Shown here: positions 1 through 9,429 of the stretch, piece by piece
Layout of the letters: each line of letters begins with the position of its first letter
Position numbering within the stretch: the first letter of the stretch is position 1
Source of the DNA: a virus
IMG/VR virus record: IMGVR_UViG_3300028883_000033
Coordinates: 83,645 to 147,644 of that record
Length of the DNA stretch: 64,000 nucleotides
Strand: one strand, 5' to 3'
Notes under the pieces: generated by a model
Database searches by the model: none
Told to the model about the DNA's origin: nothing
Seen by the model: only the letters and a program-made list of their open reading frames with translations
Program-made: the position numbers and the translations under genes

Positions 1-564
1 ACACTTTTCAAACATGAATAGATCAGCGTCTCCGCCCCATTCATCAAGAGTCCTGTTCTTTCCTGTGGCTGGATCAATTAGTACTGTGTTCTTATGTCTG
101 AGGAGCTGGATCATATCCTTATCTCCGCTAACAATAACGAACTCAGCATCATCATCAGTAACACTCAAAGTCTGGACGGCACCAGCGACTAGATCATCCG
201 CCTCTAATCCATCACCAGCCAGAGTGATGATTGTAGTATGATCACGAATCATATCTTCAAAATCCCCGAGATGGCTGAGGAATAGCTCAAAGCGTTCCTT
301 CTCTTTCGGAGTCATTTTTTGACGTCGTGTGCCTTTATACGGCTTTCCAGAAATACACACATCGGATGCGGTATATTCCTTTCGCCATGAGCTGCGGTCA
401 AAGCACATAATGATCTTATGTGGCTTATAGTGCTTGAAGTATTTGTTGATTGTTACTAACGCGGTGTGAGACGCCAGGCCTGCGACCGTGATATCATCTT
501 CAGTTTTATGAGCGAAGAATGTGCGATATAGAATGTTCGTTACGTCGAGAACAAGGTATTTCAC
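1..564 (-). CDS. rnh: T4 RNase H-like 5'-3' exonuclease (partial, runs off window edge)
   Basis: Not in ORF track. Manual translation from GTG at 564 gives MKYLVLDVTNILYRTFF...IMCFDRSSWRK...YKGTRR...LEADDLV...IVSGDKDMIQLL, the FEN/T4 RNase H acidic motifs; open to position 1. Confidence 0.9.
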   Translation of the reverse strand, partial: MKYLVLDVTNILYRTFFAHKTEDDITVAGLASHTALVTINKYFKHYKPHKIIMCFDRSSWRKEYTASDVCISGKPYKGTRRQKMTPKEKERFELFLSHLGDFEDMIRDHTTIITLAGDGLEADDLVAGAVQTLSVTDDDAEFVIVSGDKDMIQLLRHKNTVLIDPATGKNRTLDEWGGDADLFMFEKC

Positions 565-944
565 TGAAACTCCCCATCTCCGTCAGCCTTTTCATCCATC
601 TGATTTGCCATATCATAAAGGAGCATAGCAACCCAACGCTGAACGACTTGATCATCGTCAGCACCAGTTATTCCTTGTGTGCGGAGATATTCAACAAACG
701 CATCATTCCACTCAAGTTCAACTCGAACACCTTGAGCGGTTTCAACCCAACCCTCAATTTCGACCCACGGATCGTCGGATGCTTTCATCATCTCAACGTA
801 CTCGTCGTGTTCCTTCTTTTGTTGTTCGCGGCGAATCTTCGCTTCTTCTCTCTTGCGAGTTTCTTCGCTCTTCATCTCCTGAATGACCTGCGCCTTAATA
901 GCAGCGATCATATCCTGGTCGATTTGTTTGTTGTCTTCGCTCAT
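561..944 (-). CDS. hypothetical phage protein
   Basis: 127-aa ORF with GTGA overlap to rnh; fits operon geometry. Confidence 0.75.
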   Translation of the reverse strand: MSEDNKQIDQDMIAAIKAQVIQEMKSEETRKREEAKIRREQQKKEHDEYVEMMKASDDPWVEIEGWVETAQGVRVELEWNDAFVEYLRTQGITGADDDQVVQRWVAMLLYDMANQMDEKADGDGEFQ

Positions 945-950
945 AATACA

Positions 951-1673
951 TTATACCTGTGGTAGTACGTACACCGTCAAACCGTTAACAGGAAAGCTCA
1001 GAATGCCTTTTTGACCGATACTGAAAGTACCTTCCGGGTTGCTACGGAACAGTGCAAGTAGTGTCTTTGCGGGATATCTATGGGCAAATTTCGTTGTGGA
1101 GGCCACGTTGCCGTCATCATCCGGAACCAATTGAGCATCATCAGCGAATGTATGTTTAAACACATCATTGTTAACATCAACTAGCTCAAACGACACACCT
1201 TCGTTGCTAATGATGGATACGTTCTCGGCAGCCATCGCAGCTGCACCCTTCTGTAAGAGAGTTACAGCTTCGGAAGTTAGGTTCACTTGGTAACGGAGAA
1301 CGTCATTGATTGAACGAGGCGCGTTGATTTTTGAAGGGTCGGCACAGCGATAATCAATCTTAGTGCCTTTGCCTTTCAAAATTAGTGAAGTAGCAAATTC
1401 GCTATCGCCTTCATTCTTCGTGCTGTATTCGACTGAAAAGTTCTGGGTGGAGTTGGCGATTTCATATCGAGCCATCAACACATCAATTCGGTTGATACCG
1501 ATGGAGTTAAACTCCATAGCTGGCACATCTTCATTCTGGAAGACTACAACTGTACGAGCATCATCCATTGCACGCACGGTGTTTGGTTCAATGATGATGT
1601 TGTCAATGCCAACAAGTTTAGCCGTTCTAACAACATTCAGAACGTAGGCAAGAGATTCGGGTTTTAGTTTCAT
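951..1673 (-). CDS. DNA polymerase sliding clamp (gp45-like)
   Basis: 240 aa, MKL...GIDNIIIE...RAMDD N-terminus and two-domain size typical of T4-like clamps; adjacent to polymerase. Confidence 0.65.
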   Translation of the reverse strand: MKLKPESLAYVLNVVRTAKLVGIDNIIIEPNTVRAMDDARTVVVFQNEDVPAMEFNSIGINRIDVLMARYEIANSTQNFSVEYSTKNEGDSEFATSLILKGKGTKIDYRCADPSKINAPRSINDVLRYQVNLTSEAVTLLQKGAAAMAAENVSIISNEGVSFELVDVNNDVFKHTFADDAQLVPDDDGNVASTTKFAHRYPAKTLLALFRSNPEGTFSIGQKGILSFPVNGLTVYVLPQV

Positions 1674-1715
1674 CGGTATTATGTCCTATAGTTATAATTT
1701 TGTGGCGTTATTGTA

Positions 1716-2132
1716 CTAAAAGTCCAGCAGATCGTCAACTACACGTCCCTGCTGCTCTGCAGCTAATTCTGCTTCATTCTTCCATTCCGGTATCCACCAC
1801 CCTGTTCGGTGTTCGATCCATTGAGTAAACAGGTGTCGGTGACAGAAATCGCGAGGCGATTCGTAGCAAAGAAAGAACGTGGGGTCTGGAGTACTATTCA
1901 GCCAAGAGATCAGTTTATCTGAATCGTAATTGAGGTTGGTAAGAAGTTTAAAGTACAACCTTGTATATTCTTGATGATCAATTTTTCCTTCACGTAGGTT
2001 CATTATCATGTCCCACGTGGGAGCAAACTCCGGCATATGCTCGCCTTGAAACCAGTCAGGTGGTTTGCGACTAATTGAAATTGCATTGGGGTGTGACCCC
2101 TTCCGGGCATAATTTGAAGTGTATATTGCCAT
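1716..2132 (-). CDS. DUF488-family protein
   Basis: IYTSNY...ISISRKPP...FAPTW...LCYESPRDFCHRHL motif pattern; ends VDDLLDF. Confidence 0.75.
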   Translation of the reverse strand: MAIYTSNYARKGSHPNAISISRKPPDWFQGEHMPEFAPTWDMIMNLREGKIDHQEYTRLYFKLLTNLNYDSDKLISWLNSTPDPTFFLCYESPRDFCHRHLFTQWIEHRTGWWIPEWKNEAELAAEQQGRVVDDLLDF

Positions 2133-4807
2133 CAGAAATCCAATAAATCATCCACCAGTAATTCTTGTCGGGACGGTGCCTTTTTTCCAATTGCCCTGAA
2201 AATGTTGTTCAGGGGATTATCGACGAGGCGCTGTATATGTGCATCACGGTCGATAGTGTACTTCTCTAAGAACCATTCAGGCACTTGTTCAATATCAACA
2301 GGAATGGCGATGCTCTTGAACTTACCATACTTCTGAGTCAGGTAGAAGACCTTGATCTTCATCCCTGTCATAATTCGCATGCTCTCTTTATCGCCATATT
2401 CATCCAGACATTGGTTATAAAAGATTGATGCAGCTACATGCCCGGGTAACCGAGTACCTTCGCCGTGGATCTTATACTCTTGCGTGTAGTGTTCAACTTT
2501 CTTAACGCCCTTTGGAAGTCCAATGGACATTACGTCATCAGTAGTTTTAATTGAGTCTTTATAGTCGACAATATCTTTAGCAATATCATCCCACTGATCG
2601 CCTTTCAGGTACCGTTCAACAAATCCGTTGAGCACTTTCGATACTTCTTTTGGAAGGGTGGTTTTCTTGGTGTCAAGACCCATTACCTTCATCTTGTCAA
2701 CTTTATCGCCTTCGTTGTCGACGATATGTAAGATGTATCGTTTCTTATCCACAAAGATGCCACGATCGGATACGATCTCACGACCACAGGCAATCTTGTC
2801 GTTGAATCCTTCAGTACTAAGGAATGTGTCTTCCATGAACCCCTGAAACGAATCGCTAACAAGCTCACCAACTTTATCAGCAAATTTTACTGCTTCGTCA
2901 ATGTTCTCGGCGCGTGTAACAAAATAGCTGGAATCGGTATCGCCGTATACGACAGACCATTTATCAGAATAACCAAAATGATCACGACCCTCATCGTCTT
3001 TAACATGAACGTCGGGTAGTGTGTATTCCCCATCAAGAATTTCACATGCCTTGGCGCACTGATGCAGAAGAATCATTCGTCCTGTGCCAGTAGTACTCTC
3101 TCCCATTCGCAGATCATAGAATCGGAAATACGCGTTTGTTAGAGCGCCGTAGAATGAGTTTAACTTGATCTTGTATACGTACTGGAGCTTATCATAATAT
3201 GTTGCTTTAACTTTATCACCAGCTTCTTTTGCTTCGGCTTTCAGCCGCTGATATTTTTTGCGGGTAGCATACCAGTCTTCCAGGATCTTAGGAATAATTC
3301 CTTGCTTTTCTTGGCTGAACACTGTTCCATATCCACTAACAGCCCAGCCTTTCTCGATGAACGTGTCACGCCACTCATCTGCAGTTGCTGTTATGGTTTG
3401 TCCTCGTAATCTTGGAGGAACTTGTGTCGCGTCATCAAACGTACACGTTAATGCAGCAGCGGATCCCTTTGCTATTTCTTCGCACGCTTTGATTCGCTCA
3501 TCAAACTGACCCATTAATGTTTCCGGACTGATGTTGATAGCGCGAATAGCGGAAGGGTATAGAGAGTTGATGTCGATTGAACCTACATTCTCATGTAGAC
3601 CAATCTGTGGTAGCAATACGAATGCGCCTTGGATACTCCCAGAGTCTTCAGACTTATGGAAGTCGTTTACTATCAAACCACCTAGTTCATGATGGCAGTA
3701 GTTGACGGCAGCATATTCAGCGAGCTTCAGGGTTCCTGTGACGTACTTCCAGACGCCAGTAGATAGATGCATCATTTGGTTAGCAAGTTCAACATATCCT
3801 AGACGTTCTTCGAGACCCTGTAGGATCTCAGTATCACGGATGTTGTACCGAACGAACCATGCAAAGTTATCGCGGTATAGTTTGGCTAATGACCCTTCAT
3901 ATTCCAACTTAGGTAAGTCGGTTAACATTTCATCGGCAATAGCTTCCAACTTGTATGATGGGCGTTCAGCCATTTCATACTTACGAAACAGTACCATATA
4001 GTCAGCAGCAATACGTCCAAACGTATCGAGGGTGACGTTGATGTTACCCATCACCTCAACTTCGCGGAATTTTGGATCGGGTGCACCAGGGAACGACATC
4101 TTGCGGAAATACTTCTTGCCGAGTCTAAGCAATCGTTTTGCGATGTATGGGTGGTCAAAGAAGTCTGAGTTCCAACCACATATTACATCACTGTCCTCAA
4201 TCTCATCGATCAAGTACATCAGCAGCTCTGTTTCATTTGCACAGAAGATAATCTCAAGCTCCATATCCGGAGGGAGCTTGGCTATGCTGTGCATCTGCTG
4301 AACGAAATCCTCAGGGGCTTCCCCCGCTTCCCAAGTATCGTCTGTTGGGTTCATTGTTGCAAGGTTTGGAGGAATTGCAAGAACAACATACTTGCGTTTC
4401 CACATATGCACCAATGCCACTGAGTTGATCACTGCATATGGATTTTGTATTGAAGCGAATCCGATTTCGGGTGAGTAATCCACCTCGATATCGAGAAATG
4501 TCATGTTTAACTTTGGTGCAGGAACGTTGTAGTAGTGCTCGGATAGCACTTTCATTTCCATTGGGATGTCAGATTCGAAAAGCTCAATGCCATCTGACTC
4601 AAGCCGCTCACGAGCTTGTTGGAATGTTCTTGTATCAGGAAACTCGTGACGTTTTAACTTATCGCCATACATGCTGGTGTATGGTCCGTCGGGATCGCGG
4701 GTGTAGAAGTAATATGGAGCTCGAAATGTTTTCAGCTCTCTACCTTGATCGGTACGCTCCCAAACGAGAACGTCGTCTCTTATTCTTACGGCGTCTATGT
4801 AACTCAT
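2132..4807 (-). CDS. family B DNA polymerase (gp43-like)
   Basis: Exo motifs DIEVD and GWNSDFFD; pol motifs DINSLYPS, KIKLNSFYG, YGDTDS, KKRY. Confidence 0.98.
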   Translation of the reverse strand: MSYIDAVRIRDDVLVWERTDQGRELKTFRAPYYFYTRDPDGPYTSMYGDKLKRHEFPDTRTFQQARERLESDGIELFESDIPMEMKVLSEHYYNVPAPKLNMTFLDIEVDYSPEIGFASIQNPYAVINSVALVHMWKRKYVVLAIPPNLATMNPTDDTWEAGEAPEDFVQQMHSIAKLPPDMELEIIFCANETELLMYLIDEIEDSDVICGWNSDFFDHPYIAKRLLRLGKKYFRKMSFPGAPDPKFREVEVMGNINVTLDTFGRIAADYMVLFRKYEMAERPSYKLEAIADEMLTDLPKLEYEGSLAKLYRDNFAWFVRYNIRDTEILQGLEERLGYVELANQMMHLSTGVWKYVTGTLKLAEYAAVNYCHHELGGLIVNDFHKSEDSGSIQGAFVLLPQIGLHENVGSIDINSLYPSAIRAINISPETLMGQFDERIKACEEIAKGSAAALTCTFDDATQVPPRLRGQTITATADEWRDTFIEKGWAVSGYGTVFSQEKQGIIPKILEDWYATRKKYQRLKAEAKEAGDKVKATYYDKLQYVYKIKLNSFYGALTNAYFRFYDLRMGESTTGTGRMILLHQCAKACEILDGEYTLPDVHVKDDEGRDHFGYSDKWSVVYGDTDSSYFVTRAENIDEAVKFADKVGELVSDSFQGFMEDTFLSTEGFNDKIACGREIVSDRGIFVDKKRYILHIVDNEGDKVDKMKVMGLDTKKTTLPKEVSKVLNGFVERYLKGDQWDDIAKDIVDYKDSIKTTDDVMSIGLPKGVKKVEHYTQEYKIHGEGTRLPGHVAASIFYNQCLDEYGDKESMRIMTGMKIKVFYLTQKYGKFKSIAIPVDIEQVPEWFLEKYTIDRDAHIQRLVDNPLNNIFRAIGKKAPSRQELLVDDLLDF

Positions 4808-4812
4808 GAATA

Positions 4813-4989
4813 TTAATGCATACTATCTTCGTCTGGATCAATCAACAGCAGTTCCAGACGAGCTTTATAATCCTCAACGATCTGCGAGAGGGTTTTTATT
4901 ATTTCTCGTTGCTCGAGGTAGAGCTCGGCCCATAGTTCGGGATCGAGCTCCATATCCTCGGCAATCTCTTCCTTTGTTTGTGCTACCAT
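4813..4989 (-). CDS. small hypothetical protein (58 aa)
   Basis: Manual translation MVAQTKEEIAEDMELDPELWAELYLEQREIIK...; fills the gap between groES and pol on the coding strand. Confidence 0.6.
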   Translation of the reverse strand: MVAQTKEEIAEDMELDPELWAELYLEQREIIKTLSQIVEDYKARLELLLIDPDEDSMH

Positions 4990-4990
4990 A

Positions 4991-5272
4991 TCAGCCGTGA
5001 ATGGCGAGAATTGCTTCTTCAGTTAGCACTAATAACTTCTCACCATCAACCTCAATCTCTTCAGCATTAGCACTCATGTATGACACATGCTCACCAACTG
5101 CAATGGTTACAGGTGTGAACTTGCCTTTATCGTCATACTTGCCAGGACCGACATGAGTGATTGTTCCTGTGGATACTTTATCGGGAGTGACTAAAGCAAT
5201 GCCACCTTTAGATTCGGTGGCTTCTTTATCAGGACGAATAGCGATTCTATCAGCTAGTAAACGCAAGCCCAT
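4991..5272 (-). CDS. groES: GroES-like co-chaperonin
   Basis: LRLLADRIAI...SKGGIAL...VGPG...GEKLLVLTEEAILA Cpn10 pattern. Confidence 0.92.
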   Translation of the reverse strand: MGLRLLADRIAIRPDKEATESKGGIALVTPDKVSTGTITHVGPGKYDDKGKFTPVTIAVGEHVSYMSANAEEIEVDGEKLLVLTEEAILAIHG

Positions 5273-5273
5273 C

Positions 5274-5570
5274 TTACGCAGCCTCGGAGTCGTTGGTCTT
5301 GCGACCCTCCACTACACTCTCGTACAGGAATTCGAAATGTTCATTTTCAGCCTGAACGTCAGCATAGTTGTGCTTATACATCGTGGAAGCGAGTTTGCGA
5401 GTAACTTTTGCTTTGATCTCGAACTCTTCCTCAACCATCTTGGTGATGTCTTTGATGTGCTCACGCTCATCGTCCATGCGCTGCATGCATGCAGTGATCT
5501 CAGCGAGCGCCTGCTTAAACTTCTGGCGGTCTTTGTCGTTTGTTGGAATTGGTAGGTGATGATCTGACAT
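5274..5570 (-). CDS. T4 DsbA-like double-stranded DNA-binding protein
   Basis: Helical IKDI...EEFEIKAKVTRKLASTMYKHNY...FEFLYE pattern resembling T4 DsbA/GapR-like proteins. Confidence 0.65.
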   Translation of the reverse strand: MSDHHLPIPTNDKDRQKFKQALAEITACMQRMDDEREHIKDITKMVEEEFEIKAKVTRKLASTMYKHNYADVQAENEHFEFLYESVVEGRKTNDSEAA

Positions 5571-5597
5571 TTTTATTATTCTCCGTGTTGTTATACG

Positions 5598-6263
5598 TCA
5601 TTTGTAGAATATGTGATCGTCAATTTGAGCAACCATTTCGTAGTCATCGCTCCAGTACGGTGTCACATAATCAGCATGATAGTGAGTAGCACCTTCCGTG
5701 AAGTCGATGAAATTGTCAAGGGTGGCCCCGGCAAGCATAGCCTCCGCAATCTTGTAAATTTCCTCATATGCAGCTTTGTTGGCGATTTTGTCTGATTTGC
5801 CGTCAAGAGTCCAGGAAAAGTGTGCTGTCATTTTTCCTGTTTTTTTGCTACGTGCTTGGAACCAAACAACCTCACATATGCTATCTTTGAAGTGTTTGCT
5901 CTTGACGCGGTTGATGGTCGTTAGTCCAATTCCAACCTTGCCCTGCATGGACTGATTCCGGCCCTCGAAGTATATGTTGTCTGCGAGACATTTGACCTCA
6001 TCTTTTAGACTATCATATTTCCAACGCGATGCCTCAATAGGCACAGGTTCCCCGAATGAGCCAGGCATATATGGGTGGACTTTGGGGTTGTCTGGAATTG
6101 GAACGATAATCATCGTCGGAGGACCAGCTGGTGGTGCTGAAACAGCAACAGCAATGCCGAACACGAAACCAACGAACATGAAAGCCAAAGCTACTAGGCT
6201 AGCCAATGTCCATTTAAGAGGACGTGAAAGAATCTCGTACCTGATTACAGGGGTCTTCACCAT
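5598..6263 (-). CDS. SleB-like cell wall hydrolase (Hydrolase_2) with N-terminal TM anchor
   Basis: CLADNIYFEGRNQ...INRV...FSW...GATHYHADYVTPYW...IDDHIFY. Confidence 0.93.
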   Translation of the reverse strand: MVKTPVIRYEILSRPLKWTLASLVALAFMFVGFVFGIAVAVSAPPAGPPTMIIVPIPDNPKVHPYMPGSFGEPVPIEASRWKYDSLKDEVKCLADNIYFEGRNQSMQGKVGIGLTTINRVKSKHFKDSICEVVWFQARSKKTGKMTAHFSWTLDGKSDKIANKAAYEEIYKIAEAMLAGATLDNFIDFTEGATHYHADYVTPYWSDDYEMVAQIDDHIFYK

Positions 6264-6290
6264 AGGGGGTCTCCGTCAATATCGGGCCCT

Positions 6291-6319
6291 ATTATCCCAC
6301 GACCCTAATTAAAGTTCAA
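6291..6319 (-). promoter_or_regulatory. sigma70-like promoter upstream of SleB-like gene
   Basis: TTGAAC-N17-GATAAT on minus strand. Confidence 0.5.
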
Positions 6320-6323
6320 CTAC

Positions 6324-6944
6324 TTATAGGCCCTTAAACCACGAGTGGTAATCGCCAGGAAATTGCGAAGGATCATAAAGATACGGCAGTTTTGTTGCCA
6401 TGTGGATACGTGCTTGGAACAGGTCGCCGGAAAGGACCGTCGTTGACGCATTAATAAAATGAGGTCCACTTGGATATACGATCAGAGTTCCACGTTGGGG
6501 GTTGAACCCAAAACCGTGCTGTGGAAATTCCAACTTCCCGCCATAACACTCATATTCGCTATCGAATGGTGGGTTGTCGTTATAGTCGCTAAGAAACAAC
6601 ACGCCAGTAATGTCACGATCTTTTGTTCGTACCCACTTCTTGCGAAGATAATCACTATTCTCGCAAATTGGTTCGGCAGCGACACCAGCGGCAAAGTATT
6701 CGAATTGAATCGTTTCAGTTGCTCGGTACTCCGCCCCGTAATATTCCATCAGGTTAGGAATCAAAGGTTGCAGCCGATTGAAAACAGTCATTTCTGACTC
6801 TTCTCGATATCGGTACATTTTTACTGGATTACCATCCCGATCAAAGTCGGGTGAATAAAAATCGAGGTCATCCACGATCTTCTCACACTGTTTGGGTGAG
6901 AGAAAGTTTTGAATGACATAAAAGGGGGATTTAGCTACTGCCAT
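6324..6944 (-). CDS. 2OG-Fe(II) oxygenase-fold protein (active site looks degenerate)
   Basis: IQNFLSPKQC...RDITGVLFLSD...YGGKLEFP...PQRGTLIVYPS prolyl-4-hydroxylase-like scaffold. Confidence 0.75.
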   Translation of the reverse strand: MAVAKSPFYVIQNFLSPKQCEKIVDDLDFYSPDFDRDGNPVKMYRYREESEMTVFNRLQPLIPNLMEYYGAEYRATETIQFEYFAAGVAAEPICENSDYLRKKWVRTKDRDITGVLFLSDYNDNPPFDSEYECYGGKLEFPQHGFGFNPQRGTLIVYPSGPHFINASTTVLSGDLFQARIHMATKLPYLYDPSQFPGDYHSWFKGL

Positions 6945-7186
6945 TAGTCTGTGAATATCTCTGGCAAACGACCATAACGATCAGAACGATAGTCATGGTC
7001 GTTTGCGTGGTTTTCTAAACTAAACCTAATGATAGACAGACGTCCGAGTTCGCGTGCGAGCTCGTCCGCTATTTCTTCTTGATTCTTTGTCTGTGCTTCT
7101 TTCAGTTGTCGTTTGACTAAGTCTTCACGGCATCTAACAGAGTAGATCAAATCCTCTACTTCTAGTGCGCTGTTTGGTGTGTACAT
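6944..7186 (-). CDS. hypothetical protein
   Basis: 80-aa ORF coupled to neighbours by stop/start overlap. Confidence 0.65.
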   Translation of the reverse strand: MYTPNSALEVEDLIYSVRCREDLVKRQLKEAQTKNQEEIADELARELGRLSIIRFSLENHANDHDYRSDRYGRLPEIFTD

Positions 7187-7187
7187 T

Positions 7188-8129
7188 TTAGTACGTCAAT
7201 TCCTCAAATCTTTCTACTGCTTTCGTGCGAACGTGTCTGAACAGATCGCTTATGGTTATATTGGCGTTATCCAGAGCTTCATACAATTTTGCTACTTCCT
7301 CTGGATCAGGACCATTCCCCAAATCAATCTGCGGGGAGACGTCCTCAACGAGCGACATGATAATATCATCTGTAATTTCAGACAACTCTTCATCTGTTAG
7401 CCACTCTTCATCTTCTTTGATTCCGTCCTGTTTTGGGTTGACTAAGAAATTTGTTTTCTCGAGAACATTCTGACCTATCAGAACAGGATACTCCATCTCC
7501 GAACGATCATTAAGGTTAAACAATGCCTTGGTGACACGTTTTCCGTTTATTTCAATGTCAAGCTCAATAACCGGACGATACTCGGTTCCACCATCAGCTG
7601 ACGACACAGCTTGCTGATCGACTAAGCGTGCTTGAATAGCATTTGGAGAAGCGTTGCGGTTAAAAAATTGAACCACCTGGCCGACAATCTTCGGAGTTCC
7701 GTCAACATGCAAAGAGCTAATTTCCGCTCCAGTATCCACTTTGCCTTTCAGAGCAATGACACCTGAAGGAAGCGCAATCTTGAGGAGAGCGACATCACCG
7801 ATAGTTTCCACTTGTTCGTACATAACCTTCCCGCGCGCAACGGACGTGGTTCGGACGTCGTATGGCATTAAAGTCAAACCATCGGAAGTACCCCACAACA
7901 TCACAATCCACTGCTGAAGGTCTTGCTTCAATGCATCTTCTTTGTTTGTTGCTGCGGTTGTGTAAATTACATATGGATTCCTACCATCACGAACGGCTTC
8001 AGCAAAATCCCATGAAGATGATCTGATATAAGTGTAATGAATTCCACCGATCATGAAGTCTTTTGGGTACTTAAACTCCCCAGAAGCCCAAGCCGATCGT
8101 AGTTCTTGTAAGTCAGCATATTCATTCAT
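7188..8129 (-). CDS. retropepsin-like (RimK-associated 'ATP-dependent Zn protease' family) protease
   Basis: KVDTGAEISSL...YRPVIEL...FNLNDRSEMEYPVLIG...FLVNP. Confidence 0.8.
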   Translation of the reverse strand: MNEYADLQELRSAWASGEFKYPKDFMIGGIHYTYIRSSSWDFAEAVRDGRNPYVIYTTAATNKEDALKQDLQQWIVMLWGTSDGLTLMPYDVRTTSVARGKVMYEQVETIGDVALLKIALPSGVIALKGKVDTGAEISSLHVDGTPKIVGQVVQFFNRNASPNAIQARLVDQQAVSSADGGTEYRPVIELDIEINGKRVTKALFNLNDRSEMEYPVLIGQNVLEKTNFLVNPKQDGIKEDEEWLTDEELSEITDDIIMSLVEDVSPQIDLGNGPDPEEVAKLYEALDNANITISDLFRHVRTKAVERFEELTY

Positions 8130-8794
8130 TTTTGGTGTGCCTTTTCGTATTCTCTAACGCGTTCCAGTAACGGTTTTACGTATTTATCAATCTTTTCTCT
8201 GAAAACCAGCGGAACCATACCTTTCTCAACAGTCATTAGAATAACAACATCTTCTATTGGCTCACCAGTTAATTCGTGCCACATAATAGCGTAAGCAGTG
8301 GTTTGTAGGAAATAATCTTCGATCATGTCCTTATCTTTGTTGTTATTTGACGTTTTGAAATCAATGATTGCTAAAGTTCCGTCGTATTCACCGATACAGT
8401 CAACGCGACCAGCCACTCGCAGTTTATCACTCCAAAGAGCGATTTCTTGGGCGCGAATGTTATCAATGTGATTCACTCGCATCTTTAGCTGGTTGAACCC
8501 ACGAACGTGTTCCTGTGCGTATCCTTTTGTGAAATCATCCTCGTTATTGAGGTAGCGCTCGATCATCTCATGGATTGCAGTTCCACGATCTGCGCAGCGT
8601 TTCTGCTCTTTGGCGGCTTTATCTGGGCCCAGCATATTTTGCCACTCTTTAAGCCACGGCTTTTCTTTATGGCCAAGGACGGTGGTAATTGAAGGGTATA
8701 CAATACCTTCAGGAGTCGTATAGTGTCGGACGCCCGTGGGTGAAGTATTAGACTTTAAGTCAGGTAAGTTAGGTGCACCTTGGTGTATAAACAT
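8126..8794 (-). CDS. PD-(D/E)XK exonuclease (RecB/Cas4-like, T4-like phage exonuclease)
   Basis: YPSITTVL...RGTAIH...AGRVDCI...IIDFKTS...YFLQTTAY; ATG at 8794 chosen because it lies downstream of the promoter. Confidence 0.9.
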   Translation of the reverse strand: MFIHQGAPNLPDLKSNTSPTGVRHYTTPEGIVYPSITTVLGHKEKPWLKEWQNMLGPDKAAKEQKRCADRGTAIHEMIERYLNNEDDFTKGYAQEHVRGFNQLKMRVNHIDNIRAQEIALWSDKLRVAGRVDCIGEYDGTLAIIDFKTSNNNKDKDMIEDYFLQTTAYAIMWHELTGEPIEDVVILMTVEKGMVPLVFREKIDKYVKPLLERVREYEKAHQK

Positions 8795-8802
8795 AGCAGA
8801 AG

Positions 8803-8810
8803 TATTTATA
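8803..8810 (-). promoter_or_regulatory. T4-type late promoter TATAAATA (overlapping TTGAAT-N17-TATAAA)
   Basis: Exact TATAAATA 8 nt upstream of the exonuclease ATG. Confidence 0.7.
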
Positions 8811-8836
8811 CACAAAAATTACACAAAATTCAACGG

Positions 8837-9100
8837 TTAGTCGAATTTTCCGCCTTCGTATTCATACCCCATTACAAGGTCACTAAGGTGTTGATATACT
8901 ATGGATTTTGCGTGCTCTTTGCCGGCAATTTGAGATAGGCGGTCTATAGTTGCTGCCACCACATGATCAATATCATTGAATTGGCGTTCTTTCGCCTGCT
9001 GAATTTGCTTATTAGTGTCGGAAATCTGCTGTTCGTGCTTCTTATGACGAAACGCGCCGATATCTGTAACGTCAGCTTCGGTGATATCTCTGAATCTCAT
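8837..9100 (-). CDS. hypothetical, putative head/internal protein
   Basis: N-terminus MRFRDITEA resembles a prohead-protease leader. Confidence 0.6.
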   Translation of the reverse strand: MRFRDITEADVTDIGAFRHKKHEQQISDTNKQIQQAKERQFNDIDHVVAATIDRLSQIAGKEHAKSIVYQHLSDLVMGYEYEGGKFD

Positions 9101-9429
9101 TACGCTTTTCCGGACAGGCGTTTGTTCATCTTTGCTACTAACCGTGAGATGGACTTACGCTTCGTGATACCAGCTTTGCGTTTGATCGTACCTTTCTTTG
9201 ACCGCATGACTTTACGGCCGCGACGCACGTTCTTAGGATCTTTACGAGTAGCGCACTTTCCAGGTTCGGAAACGAGTTTGCCAGCCTTTGGGCCACCTAC
9301 GCAACGGTACCGCTTTTTAATTTCATTACCAACGCGCTTGAACTGACGTTTTGCTGCTTCGTTGAGAATGTTGCCATCCTCATCTAACCAAACTTCTTCG
9401 CATTCATTAATTACTTCAAACAGTTTCAT
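9100..9429 (-). CDS. basic prohead core protein (gp68-like)
   Basis: Acidic leader ending ILNE-A followed by a very K/R-rich body, as in T4-like gp68. Confidence 0.55.
   Translation of the reverse strand: MKLFEVINECEEVWLDEDGNILNEAAKRQFKRVGNEIKKRYRCVGGPKAGKLVSEPGKCATRKDPKNVRRGRKVMRSKKGTIKRKAGITKRKSISRLVAKMNKRLSGKA

Noticed and set aside
1674-1718. Amber read-through fusion of DUF488 to the clamp
   Set aside because: The two are in frame, but a TAA occurs 8 codons after the TAG.
8126-8794. Cas4 as part of a CRISPR system
   Set aside because: No Fe-S cysteine cluster, array or other cas genes; it is a typical T4-like phage exonuclease.
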